A stretch of DNA of 64,000 nucleotides from positions 416,001 through 480,000 of the forward strand of contig CAVWIP010000008.1 in the NCBI GenBank assembly GCA_963755125.1, written 5' to 3'. The first letter of the stretch is position 1. Each line of letters opens with the position of its first letter. This document shows positions 20,051 through 29,723 of the stretch, piece by piece. Under the pieces are notes generated by a model. That model was not told the DNA's origin. It made no database searches and saw only the letters and a program-made list of their open reading frames with translations. The stretch is from an uncultured delta proteobacterium (GTDB lineage Bacteria > Myxococcota_A > Polyangia > Fen-1088). A program made the translations under genes and the position numbers.

Positions 20051-21463
20051 CTACATGCGTGACATCGAGTCGCCGACGCTGTCTGCGCCCTGCTGCGAAC
20101 CAGAGGCTCGACTCGACGATGAGGCAACAGGAGTCGCACTCGCGCCCGGCATCGCAGAGCCACCCATTCCGCCCGTCGCGGCCCCGCCTGGCGCATCCAG
20201 ACTGATCTCCCTCTCGGCGATCGCGATCCGCTGCGCTGCCGCCACCGAATCGAAGAACCCATTTACGTCAGCCAGGTAGCCGGCTAGCGCCTCCAGCACA
20301 GAGGCGAAGGTCACCCGGCCGACCTGGTACTGCGACAGCGCGCTTGAAACCGTCGTGTCCGACTGGACGAGCAGCCCGGAACGGTACAGGTGGTTCGCCT
20401 CCACCAACGCGCCCAAGGCCGCCAGCCTTTCGTGAATCCGCTGCCGTAAAAGCTGGCGGATCGCCTCCGCGCTATCCCGCGCGGCCTCGCCGCGTGCTCG
20501 ATTCTCCGCCACGGCTCGCGATTGCTTCTGCGCGCTCCAGATAGGCAGGTTGAATGCAACCCCGGCCAGCCACATCGTCTCGAAACCGCCCCAGCGAGGC
20601 ATCACACCTGCGCTCACTGTTACGTCCGGCCAGCGCTCTTTGTCTGCCAACTCCACACGCCGGCCCGCCTGCTCTCCAGCCAGCAGCACCTTCTTCAACT
20701 CCGGACTCTCGGCCTCGGCCGCTGTCGCCGCTTGTTCGGGATCAGGCAACACCGGGTCCGGCAGGTCGGCCAGGGTGCGCGTCGTCGCGATCGGCTCAGT
20801 TAGCGGGTGCCCGCGCAGCCGGTTGAGTACGGCGATCCGTCGGTGCTCCTCGCCTTCCAGTGCCCATCTCTGCTGCCGCAATCGGTTCCGTTGCAGTTGG
20901 GCGCGCAGCAGGTCGGATTGCGCTGCTTCCCCCGCCTCATAGCGAGCGCGGGCCAGCCCCTCCGACTGCGCCCAGAGCGACTCCAATCTCGTGAGCAGGC
21001 CCAGTTGGTCACGCACCAGCAGCAGATCGACGTACGCTCGTTCCACATCCGCAGCTACCGAGAGGAGCACGCGCCGCAGATCGGCCTCGGCCTCGCGCGT
21101 CCCCAGGTTGGCCAGCTCGCTGCGTAGCCCACGCTTGCCCGCCCAGGGAAAGGTCTGCGACGCCATGATCGAGATCCAACTCGTCTCCATCTTGCCAATC
21201 TGGATGCTGCTGAATCCGTCGTTCTGGATGCCGAGCGAAAGGGTCGGATCAGGCAGCGCCCGGCTCTGGGGCACGCGCTCCTGCTCCGCCACAATCTGCG
21301 CGCGCGCCTGCGCCAGCTCGGGCCGCTTCTCCATGGCCTCCTTGACCAACCCGCGCAGTACGGGATCGTCCAACAAGGTCGGCCCGGCCAGCACCTGGGT
21401 GAAATCCGCCGCCCGCGCGGGTGTGGCGGCCAGGAGGAGGAGAAGTGGAAGGCGCGCAGTCAT
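20051..21463 (-). CDS. TolC/CusC-family outer-membrane efflux protein
   Basis: Signal peptide, LPDP, SQTFPW.GK motifs; operon context. Confidence 0.9.
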   Translation of the reverse strand: MTARLPLLLLLAATPARAADFTQVLAGPTLLDDPVLRGLVKEAMEKRPELAQARAQIVAEQERVPQSRALPDPTLSLGIQNDGFSSIQIGKMETSWISIMASQTFPWAGKRGLRSELANLGTREAEADLRRVLLSVAADVERAYVDLLLVRDQLGLLTRLESLWAQSEGLARARYEAGEAAQSDLLRAQLQRNRLRQQRWALEGEEHRRIAVLNRLRGHPLTEPIATTRTLADLPDPVLPDPEQAATAAEAESPELKKVLLAGEQAGRRVELADKERWPDVTVSAGVMPRWGGFETMWLAGVAFNLPIWSAQKQSRAVAENRARGEAARDSAEAIRQLLRQRIHERLAALGALVEANHLYRSGLLVQSDTTVSSALSQYQVGRVTFASVLEALAGYLADVNGFFDSVAAAQRIAIAEREISLDAPGGAATGGMGGSAMPGASATPVASSSSRASGSQQGADSVGDSMSRM

Positions 21464-21467
21464 GTCA

Positions 21468-21827
21468 TCACTCCACGACGATGATGCCGGCGATCATGTC
21501 CATCGCGCAGGCGTAGCGAAGTTGGCCCTTCTTGGTGGGCGTAAACGTGATCTCGACCGGCTGGTTGAGCGGCAACGGCTTGTTGATGCCGACGTCTTTG
21601 ATGACGATCTCTTTAGCGCAGGTCCAGTCGGTCTTGCGTGTGACCACCAGCTTCACCGCCTGATTGGCCTTCACCTTCACCTGCGCGGGCACGAAGCCCT
21701 CGCCTGTGACCTCAATGGTTACAACCTGTTCCTCGGTCTTCTTCTGCTCCTTACCTTTGGCCAGCGCCGACACGCCTGAAATTGCGACTGCAACTGCGAT
21801 GATCATCGAGATGGTAGCGAGCTTCAT
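21468..21827 (-). CDS. Cupredoxin-domain protein
   Basis: AGGAGA RBS, signal peptide, GFVPAQVKVKA, CAKEIV, YACAMDM. Confidence 0.85.
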   Translation of the reverse strand: MKLATISMIIAVAVAISGVSALAKGKEQKKTEEQVVTIEVTGEGFVPAQVKVKANQAVKLVVTRKTDWTCAKEIVIKDVGINKPLPLNQPVEITFTPTKKGQLRYACAMDMIAGIIVVE

Positions 21828-21868
21828 TCTTGGTTCTCCTGTGTGGGCAGCGTCCTTGCCTTTGACGA

Positions 21869-21884
21869 TGCAGGCCATGTGCCA
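21869..21884 (-). promoter_or_regulatory. Putative sigma-54 promoter of the cus operon
   Basis: TGGCAC-ATGGC-CTGCA versus consensus TGGCAC-N5-TTGC, about 40 bp upstream of the first ATG. Confidence 0.6.
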
Positions 21885-21988
21885 AACTCCGAGGAGTTGA
21901 TAAATCCACGTGGTTTCAGGACGACGACGGATCGCCAAGCTGGTACTGGCCGACGATCCGACGCGAAAAGCGACCTTGGCGGGTACAC

Positions 21989-22595
21989 TGTAACCGGCAC
22001 CATTACTCGCTGCCCATCGAAGACTGGAGACGACGGCGAGGAAGCGCGGCGTTTCACCCGCGCTCGGCGCGGTTGCGGCGGGATGAGGACAGACCCCGGC
22101 GCAGCCACGGGTGGTGGCCGGCCGGGGTCGGCGTCGGCGTGGGGAATGAGTTGAGCTACAGGTTCACTCGACCTCCTGGTTTGAGCGCCCGGACTTGCCG
22201 ACGATCTTGATGAGCAAGCCGCGGTGGACAAGGCGGTCGGCGATAGCGGACGCAGCGGCGGCATTGCTGAAGAGCTTGCCCCAGTCCTTGAAGGGCAGAT
22301 TGGTAGTGACGATGGTGGCGGCCCGTTGATACCTGCGGTTGAAGACCTGGTACAAGAGGTCGGCGCCGCGGGTGTCGAAGCTGAGATAGCCGAGCTCATC
22401 TACGAGGAGCAGCTCGTAGGAGGCCCAGGCGGCGAGGCGACGGTGCAGACGGTTGCGGGCCTGGGCCGCGACGAGGTCGTTGACGAGGTCGGCGGCGGTA
22501 ACGAAGCGGACGCGGTGACCGCGCAGGCAAGCGAGCTGGCCGATGGCGTTGGCGAGATGGGTCTTGCCGACGCCGGAGGGCCCAATAAACACTGC
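21989..22595 (-). mobile_element. istB: IS21-family remnant: 3' part of istB plus probable right end
   Basis: GPSGVGKTHLA Walker A, LLLVDELGYL, TTNLPF..W, AIADRLVH; TGTAACCGGCA terminus at 21989; istB cut at site S2. Confidence 0.8.
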
Positions 22596-22599
22596 GCAG

Positions 22600-22991
22600 C
22601 TGTGAGCGAGGACCTTCAGCACATTTGTGTACGCAGTTGCGCCCCACCTAATATCATTGAACTTTTTGGCATCCAGCCAACCACGGCGGGTGATGCTGCT
22701 GTGATGACAATGCGCGCGATCAGCGGGTTTTCGGGCTGACGAATCTGCATCGTTCCAAGACCTGTGTCGGCACATCAGAACGCGCCACACCAACTGTAAT
22801 GACGCAGAGCAGATTAAGGCAGCATCCATCCCGCTGACGCGCAACGCACAGCCAGCTTGCGGGCACATGATTACTGCGACGAGTAGCCGAATCCCTATTT
22901 CCTCACCATCTCCTCCGACCCAGGAAATCTTCAACGATATTCGGGGGGCCGCAGTTGCATACACGAATGTGCTGAAGGTCCTCGCTCACAG
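22600..22991. mobile_element. MITE-like unit bounded by inverted 57-bp sites S2 (22600-22656, +) and S3 (22935-22991, -)
   Basis: Both ends read CTGTGAGCGAGGACCTTCAGCACATT inward; no credible ORF inside. Confidence 0.6.
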
Positions 22992-22997
22992 CTGGGC

Positions 22998-23101
22998 GGT
23001 GTACACATGTGCGCCTTCGGACTTCTATGATTCGCTAGGTCATGCCTCCACCGAAAGGGTGACCTGGGAGCCCGTTTGCCCACGTTTGGAGCTGCAACCA
23101 G
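22998..23101 (+). repeat. 104-bp direct repeat, copy 1
   Basis: 96/104 identical to 24365-24468 by manual alignment. Confidence 0.9.
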
Positions 23102-23212
23102 CTGCCCAACAATTCGCGTCGAAGAGGGAAGGCACGTGACAGCGCCGGAAGGGTGCGCGAAAGTGTCACTCAAACGGTTCGACTGACGTTCGCCCGGCAG
23201 CAAAAACCCAGA

Positions 23213-23270
23213 TGATCTTGGTGAAGGCCGCTCTCGCGAACGGGATTCTCGGGAATGTCCTCACGCACAG
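23213..23270 (-). repeat. 57-bp degenerate site, copy S4 (58 bp)
   Basis: CTGTGCGTGAGGACATTCCC...GTTCGCGAGAGC...AAGATCA. Confidence 0.65.
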
Positions 23271-23331
23271 CTGGGCTGGCGACGCACAACGGCCCGGGCG
23301 TGCCATCCGCAAGGCCACATCTGCCCCAGGG

Positions 23332-23520
23332 CTATTCGATTTCGATCACTTCAGGTCTGCCTGGGCAACGCCAGTGAGCGGGATGCCATCGACCTCGCGG
23401 ACCGTAATGACCTTCGATAAACACGCCTCCTCTACAAGGCGGCGGTCGAGTCTGACGAACGAAACAGCCGCCCTGGATCAGTGAACACAACAACACGGAC
23501 AGCAGCAATGCTCGCCTCAT
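23332..23520 (-). CDS. Small lipoprotein (YXWGXW-like)
   Basis: GAGGAG RBS, hydrophobic leader plus GGC, FIEGHYGPRGRWHPAHWRC. Confidence 0.65.
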   Translation of the reverse strand: MRRALLLSVLLCSLIQGGCFVRQTRPPPCRGGVFIEGHYGPRGRWHPAHWRCPGRPEVIEIE

Positions 23521-23653
23521 GGCCCATGCTCCTCCTCGTTCGCTTGGAAGTTAGCGCGCCGATTCCTCTCGGGCAACGTCACGAAGTAGTGCATTTCTTG
23601 CGCCCCTGCCGGCGCCGCCGCGTACGTGAAGGTCCACTTGTACCGGAGTTGAT

Positions 23654-24169
23654 CTAGTGCGTATTGGCGAATCGGATGCCTTCTCGCACCTGCACGATCG
23701 CCTGTCGGATGAAGCCGAGCGCCTGAACACGGAAGCCACCCTTGTCGTGTTTGGCCTCGACGAGCTGTCGGTGCGCCTCGCGCAGAGCGATGATTCCCCT
23801 CGCCATGTGCGGCTGTCTTTCTGCCCCCGGCACGGCCTCGTCGACGGGCTCAGGCGCGGAGGGTCCCTCGATTGGTCCCACCTCGGTGGGGTGAGCTGCC
23901 GCATATTGCATTCCGGCGTTGACCGCGCCGATGGCCTGCTGAATCAGGCCAAGCGCCTTCGCACGGTGGCCGCCCTTGTTGGCCGCGGCGGCTTCAAGCT
24001 CACCCTTGGCCTGCTGCAGCGCTGCCAGCGCCGCCTGCATTTTCGGCTGTCCGTTGTCGGCAGCAACGGGCTGTGGTGGTAACAGCGGTCGGGGTTGCGG
24101 CGACGAGGCACAGCTCCCGAGGGAGAGACAGAGCGCCAACATCCAACAAGCGCTAATCGTGGTCTTCAT
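23654..24169 (-). CDS. Lipoprotein with two helical QPxM...KGG(H/F)R repeats
   Basis: GGAGGAG RBS, LGSC lipobox, internal duplication. Confidence 0.8.
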   Translation of the reverse strand: MKTTISACWMLALCLSLGSCASSPQPRPLLPPQPVAADNGQPKMQAALAALQQAKGELEAAAANKGGHRAKALGLIQQAIGAVNAGMQYAAAHPTEVGPIEGPSAPEPVDEAVPGAERQPHMARGIIALREAHRQLVEAKHDKGGFRVQALGFIRQAIVQVREGIRFANTH

Positions 24170-24289
24170 GGCTCCTCCGTTCATGGTGGCCAGGATAGCA
24201 CGCCGACTTGCACTCGCTCTTCTTCAACAGAGCAGCCCGGTGGATAGCGATCGCCTCAAAGCGCGCGATGACGATCACGGGTAACACAG

Positions 24290-24346
24290 ATGCGAGCGAA
24301 GACATTCCTACGACTTCTGTGCGCAAGAGCAGCCTCCCCGATATCA
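24290..24346 (+). repeat. 57-bp degenerate site, copy S5
   Basis: ATGCGAGCGAAGACATTCC...GTGCGCAAGAGC...GATATCA. Confidence 0.65.
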
Positions 24347-24364
24347 TTTAGGTTTTCGTCGGCG

Positions 24365-24468
24365 GGTGTACACGGGTGCGCGCTCGGATTTCTATGATTC
24401 GCTAGGTCATGCCTCCACCGACAGGGTGACCTGGAAGCCCGCTTGCCCACGTTTGGAGCTGCAACCAG
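24365..24468 (+). repeat. 104-bp direct repeat, copy 2
   Basis: See 22998-23101. Confidence 0.9.
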
Positions 24469-25049
24469 ATAGCCGACTACAACGATCGGATACCCACCCT
24501 AGCCGCGCCAGATCATCCTGGGCAGGTGCCCACCCATTACCTGGCAATGTGACCATGCGCTGCGGAACACCTGGCACCCCGATCCGTTGGCCAGACACAT
24601 TTTGCCGTTCAGGTGGCGGGAGAAGTCCGAGCTGCCACTGGTGGCCGTCTACATAGCTCCGCCCGCGGCCGTGGACGACGTTCCGCCGGAGCCGCCTGTC
24701 GATCCGGTGGCGCTGACGGTAAGTATCTGACGGGTTCATGTTCAAGAGTGTCTTGTTTTAACCACACGATCACATCCACATGGGGCTAAGGCGAGCGTGT
24801 TAGGGTAGCAACGAAGGACACCGAGGGAATGTCGGACAGAAAGCAGCATTCGCTTCCCTCGGCGTCGATGGCAAGAATATCCCCCTGCTGCTTCAGCGTG
24901 CCGGTGTCGAAGTAGTCGAACGAGCCTGGGCCACTTGCCGGGCACTGCTGCTTCGGATCCGGCTTCAGGCTCCAGACCCCATTGGCTGCGATTTCGTACT
25001 TAAACTCGCAGTTTACGTACCCAACGACGCCGATGGTCGTGCCTCGCCG

Positions 25050-25484
25050 CACATCGAGCGGTTCAACCGCACGCTGCGCGAGGAAGCGCTCAACCACTTC
25101 ATCTTCCTCGACGCGAAGCACGTCCTGCGCGTGTGCCGGGAGTACGTGGAGTTCTACAATCGTGCGCGGCCATCACAGGCGTTGCATGCGATACCGGAGC
25201 CGTACCCGGAGCTGATCACACCGCCACGAAGGAGCGGCGATCTGATCGCGCTGCCCGTGCTTGGCGGAGTACAGCACGACTACCGCCTGGCGGCGTGAAC
25301 GACCCAGCTGGGCAGTGCCTGATGGACGCGCCTGCTGGGCGGACAAGTCCGCGCGACGTGCCGAAGCGTCTTGATCCGTTCCGGCCAGAGCGCAACCGGG
25401 GTCATCGGCACCGCCCTGGCCGGCGAGGTCACCATTGCTCGTCTGCCCGTTTCGGGCGCGGCATCGGATTCTCGCGGAGTACGC
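25050..25484 (+). pseudogene. 3' remnant of an integrase-core transposase (second subtype) with downstream end sequence
   Basis: IERFNRTLREEALNH...YNRARPSQ...[12 protein letters not shown]; 25121-25484 is duplicated at 36669-37032. Confidence 0.85.
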
Positions 25485-26756
25485 TCCGGTAGCTACTTTG
25501 CTGCTTCGCAAATCCTCCGATACTTGTCCACTGCCGCGCCCATGCCAGGTTTGTTCTGAAAGGCGACGTCCTTGTAAAGCGTCGCACAGGATGAATGCGT
25601 TTCCTTCAACGCCCGCCACTCCCTCCAAAGCCGGTCGTATGCCGCGATGGCAGCAGACAGCTTCTGGCAATCATACTTCCCGGTCTTGTCACCCGTCGCG
25701 CCAGAACACAAGATTACCCATGCCTGTTCGAACAGAGAATACTTGATCCGCCCGTAAGCTGCGGATGTGACGACAAAGTCCGTCGTCTGCGCATCGGGAA
25801 ACTTGATCGTCTGCGCCAGCGTTTCGATTCTGCTCCACATTCTTACGGCTTCGGCTTTCTCCGCGAGCGCTTCCTTCACCAGATTGTTGCTCAAGAAAGA
25901 CTCCAGGTTCGGCTTACCGATGAAATCGTCGCGCGTCCACCAAAGGTCCACCGAACCCTTGAGGCTGCACTGGCCGCGCAGCACGGCGGCGGCTGACAGG
26001 AGGCTGATCTCGCGAAAGCGCGCGACGTCGCCGCCTTTCAATCCAACTTCCTGTGTTGCGAACTCATCGAAGATGGCCCGCTCGGTGCGCTTCGGATTTT
26101 CCGCAAATTTTGCGATGACATAGGCGTTGAGCGCACACCAGAGTTCGTTGCTGATGTATGGCCCTTCCCAACCCCCGCCGCGCGACCACGTCCACACGCC
26201 CGCGAAATTGCTGTTGTTCACGATGTCGCGTAGACCCTTCGGCTGTCCGGGCTGCATGAGGGTTGCGTATTCCTCCCAGCCGTTGATGACACCGTCGCCG
26301 ATGTAAAACGGATGTGCACCCTTGCCATACGCCTCGCGCTGGCATTGTACCTCGACGATCTGCCGGTGCTTGCCAAGGCCAAGCGTAGGATTGAACGGCG
26401 TCATCCGCAGAAAATCTCCGGCCTGATGTTTGATGGAGAAAACCAAATCTGGATGCGGTTCAATCGCGTCCGTGACTTTCAGATAGTATTCGGGGTTGAC
26501 GTGAAAGCCATTTCCGAAATCCCACGTGCGATAGAAGACCATCTTGCTACGCTTCCCGCAGACCTCATCGCGAAGGATTCTTAGCAGCGCAATGTGGCTC
26601 TCCGGCCCACGCACGACCGCCGTGTTGGCCTGGACCAGGTTCTCATTCTCGTTGCCACTCGCCGCGTGATAGGGGGTGTCGTGCAAATAGATTTCGCCCG
26701 TGCGGACCACGATGCCGTCGAGCGATGGAGTTGACCCGATTTGGTGGACGGTTTCG

Positions 26757-27641
26757 TTACGCAGCTTTCTTACCAGCTTTCTTCACTGAGTGCATCAGCT
26801 CAAATTCGATTGGGCTGTTGTAATTGAGCGCCGAATGACGGCGGCAAGGATTGTAGAAGCCTTCGATGTACTCGCCAATCGAGAGGTTAGCTGCCTCCCA
26901 GCTTTCGAGATCGTCGATGTCTTCCAACTCGCGCTTGAGGGTCGCGAAGAAACTCTCGGCCACGGCATTATCCCAGCAGTCTCCCTTCCGGCTCATGCTG
27001 CATTCTATGCTTCCGGCTTCCAAGGCTTTGCGGTAGTCGTCGCTCGCGTACGTGCTGCCTCGATCTGAGTGGTGAACCAGGCCGCTGCCGGGCTGGCGTT
27101 GGCACAAGGCCATGGCCAGTGCCGCGAGCGCGAGGTGGCGATCGACATTCCGACTGGTCGCCCAGCCGACAACCCGCCTGGAAAACAGGTCGAGAATCAC
27201 CGCGAGGTACAGCCAGCCTTGCTGCGTCCACAGAAACGTGATGTCAGTGACCCACGACTGGTTTGGACGAAGCGCGGTGAAGTTGCGCTCCAGCACATTC
27301 GGCGCGATGGGGAAGCTGTGCTTCGAGTCGGTGGTCGTGCGAAAACGATGACGACAGCGCGCCACCAGCTTGTTTTCGCGCATCAGCCTGGCCACCCGCT
27401 TGCAACCCACCCGATCCCCGGAAGCTTTGAGGTCGGCATGAACACGGGGACTGCCGTATCGTCGCCGGCTCCCGTGATGAATCGCGGCTATCCGCTCGGA
27501 CAGATCCTGGTCACGGCGTGCGTGCAACGAGGCGGGCCGTCCCTGGCTGGCGTAGTAGCCACTGGGCGAAACGGCCAAGACACGGCAGAGGACCGCGACG
27601 GGGAAGGCCACCTTCTCCTCGGAGATGAACGCAAACCTCAC
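26757..27641 (-). CDS. IS3 OrfB DDE transposase
   Basis: YGSPRV, WVTDIT, HHSDRGS, DNAVAESFF. Confidence 0.95.
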   Translation of the reverse strand: MRFAFISEEKVAFPVAVLCRVLAVSPSGYYASQGRPASLHARRDQDLSERIAAIHHGSRRRYGSPRVHADLKASGDRVGCKRVARLMRENKLVARCRHRFRTTTDSKHSFPIAPNVLERNFTALRPNQSWVTDITFLWTQQGWLYLAVILDLFSRRVVGWATSRNVDRHLALAALAMALCQRQPGSGLVHHSDRGSTYASDDYRKALEAGSIECSMSRKGDCWDNAVAESFFATLKRELEDIDDLESWEAANLSIGEYIEGFYNPCRRHSALNYNSPIEFELMHSVKKAGKKAA

Positions 27642-27943
27642 GCGCTCTCCTTGGCGAAGAAGGTGGCCGCCCTTTTTAAAATCTCACGCTCCATGCGGAG
27701 GACTTTCACCTCGCGACGCAGATGCGAAAGTTCTTCCTTCTCGGCGGTCGTCAGGGCGCCAGCAGGGCCCTTGCCCTCGTCTACCCTCGACTGCCGATCC
27801 CACTGGTACACCAGGCTGCTTGCCACCCTGAAGTCCTTTGCTACCTGCGCGACGCTGCGTCCTGCACGGACGAGCGCCACCAAGTCTGCCTTGAACTCGC
27901 GCGTGTGCATGCGCCGGGATCGCTTCTTCTCTTTGTCCAACAT
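27638..27943 (-). CDS. IS3 OrfA
   Basis: HTH plus LRMEREILKRAATFFAKE; GTGA overlap with orfB. Confidence 0.95.
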   Translation of the reverse strand: MLDKEKKRSRRMHTREFKADLVALVRAGRSVAQVAKDFRVASSLVYQWDRQSRVDEGKGPAGALTTAEKEELSHLRREVKVLRMEREILKRAATFFAKESA

Positions 27944-28555
27944 GTGGTCACCTTTCTACGCCCATTTTCCTGAGCGAGGGTGTCCACCAAACCGGGTCAA
28001 GTCCACGACGGGCATCGGTCGAACAGCTCCGCGACTTGCGCGCGCAGAATCTTCTGCGTCATCGGCCGCTCCACAACGATGCGCCCCTGCCCGTCGCAGA
28101 TTTCGTTCCTGAAGTGCGCGACCAGCGCTTTGGGCAGCACGCTGAATTGCATCCACGCGTACGCCTTGATGCCAGCGGCGTGGGCCCGCGCCGCCAGTTT
28201 TTCGAGTTTCTGCGCGTGCTCTTCGATCCACAGGCGCGCGTCGCCATTTTTCGGCAAGATGTCCGGCGCAAGCGCGTCAAACGTCTCGCACGCCTCCGCT
28301 TCGGCCAGCAGCACCTGCCCGTTGTAACCCCACTCCGCCAGCTTGCGCGGGTCGCGGAAGGAACTGGGCTGGGGCGACTCGCCCGGATTGTTGTGAACCA
28401 TGTCCAGGACGAAGCGCGCAGGAAGATGCGTGTTCAATTCGGCCGCAATGGAAATAGAGCTGGGGACAACACTTCCCACGAGCAGGATCACGGAAACTGC
28501 GGTCCGATCGAACTTCAGAGAAGAATCCGGGTTCACGCCCCTGCTTTTATCACGA

Positions 28556-28612
28556 CTGTGCGCGGGGACATTCCCAAGTCTTCTGTCCGCAGCCACGGCG
28601 TGCTGAATATCA
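28556..28612 (+). repeat. 57-bp degenerate site, copy S6
   Basis: CTGTGCGCGGGGACATTCCC...GTCCGCA...AATATCA. Confidence 0.65.
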
Positions 28613-28738
28613 GCGCTGACGTAGATGGCTCTCAAGCATGGTGACCACGCTGCGCAGATTGGCGTCTTGGGCGAGCAGGCCATCGATCTTCTTGACGGCA
28701 CTGATGACGGTTGAGTGATCCTTGCCACCAAAGCGGTG
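28610..28738 (-). pseudogene. dnaA: dnaA 3'-terminal fragment (domain IV, 42 codons plus stop)
   Basis: [42 protein letters not shown]; carries the DnaA signature FGG.DHSTV. Confidence 0.8.
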
Positions 28739-28739
28739 G

Positions 28740-28864
28740 CAGCCCCATCCACACGACTTGATCGAAGCGTCCTGGCCGGCGCAGGGCTGGGTCGACGTGC
28801 TCGGGGCGGTTGGTGGTGGCCAGCACGAGTATCTGGCCCCGCGCCTTGATGCCGTCGAGCAAGC
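28740..28864 (-). pseudogene. CDC48/FtsH-type AAA ATPase fragment (second region of homology)
   Basis: LLDGI...[22 protein letters not shown]. Confidence 0.85.
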
Positions 28865-28906
28865 GACATACCCCCGCGTCCCGGGTCCCTGCTAGATTGC
28901 TTGCCC

Positions 28907-29716
28907 ATGACGTCGCTCGATTACGTGCATGGCTACACCGAGGAAGAGGCCACACGCCTGGCGGATCAGGCGGGCACACTGGCGGATCTGCTTCACCACG
29001 ATACTCACTATCCGGCGGGCAGCCGGGTGCTGGAGGCTGGGTGTGGGGTCGGGGCGCAGACGCGCGTCCTGGCGCGGCGAAGTCCGGCGGCGCACTTTGT
29101 CAGCGTGGACGTGTCCGCACAGTCGCTGGCACTGGCGCGCCCGGCGTTCGAACGCGAGGGGCCTGGCAACGTGGAGTTCAAGCAGGCGGATCTCTTTGCC
29201 TTGCCTTTTCCCGAGGCCAGTTTCGATCACGTGTTCGTGTGCTTCGTGCTCGAGCACCTGCGCCGGCCCGAGGAGGCTCTGTGCGCGCTTGTGCGCGTGC
29301 TGCGACCGAGCGGCTCGCTCACCGTCATCGAGGGCGATCACGGCTCGGCGTTTTTCCATCCGCAGAGCCCGCGCGCCGCGCGCACGATCGAGTGCTTGAA
29401 TCAAGCGCAAGCGGCTGCAGGCGGGAATTCGCTGATCGGACGGCGGCTATATCCGCTGCTGCGATCACTGGGGCTGGACGACGTGCAGGTGTCACCGCGC
29501 TTCGTGTACGCCGACGCTAGCCGTCCGGGTTGGGTAGACGGCTTCACCCGCAAGACCTTCATCGCCATGGTCGAGGGCGCGGCCGAGCCAGCCCTGCGCC
29601 TAGGCCTCATCGACAAAGTGGCCTGGGACCAGGGCATCGCCGATCTGAAACGCAGTGCTGAGGATGACGGCACGTTCTGCTATACATTCTTCAAGGCCGT
29701 GGCGCATAAGCCGTAG
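28907..29716 (+). CDS. Class I SAM-dependent methyltransferase
   Basis: [27 protein letters not shown]. Confidence 0.9.
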   Translation: MTSLDYVHGYTEEEATRLADQAGTLADLLHHDTHYPAGSRVLEAGCGVGAQTRVLARRSPAAHFVSVDVSAQSLALARPAFEREGPGNVEFKQADLFALPFPEASFDHVFVCFVLEHLRRPEEALCALVRVLRPSGSLTVIEGDHGSAFFHPQSPRAARTIECLNQAQAAAGGNSLIGRRLYPLLRSLGLDDVQVSPRFVYADASRPGWVDGFTRKTFIAMVEGAAEPALRLGLIDKVAWDQGIADLKRSAEDDGTFCYTFFKAVAHKP

Positions 29717-29723
29717 CGGCCAA

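Larger units (their letters stand above)
26726..28005 (-). mobile_element. IS3-family element, 1280 bp, intact
   Basis: IRs TGGA(G/C)TTGACCCG(A/G)TTTGGTGGAC, TG...CA ends, 3-bp target duplication CGA. Confidence 0.95.
25493..28536 (-). pseudogene. Secreted hypothetical protein (possibly carbohydrate-active) split by an IS3 element
   Basis: Removing 26726-28005 and one CGA restores the frame ...FDRCPSLDGIVVRTGE...; N-terminal signal-like segment; start uncertain. Confidence 0.8.

Noticed and set aside
22164..22964. Full-length IstB (266 aa)
   Set aside because: The N-terminal half is translated non-coding S2-S3 unit; the repeated AYTNVLKVLAHS peptide reflects the DNA inverted repeat
6191..28612. 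S sites as classical integron attC sites
   Set aside because: No RYYYAAC/GTTRRRY boxes or long hairpin, mixed orientations, and no IntI in the window
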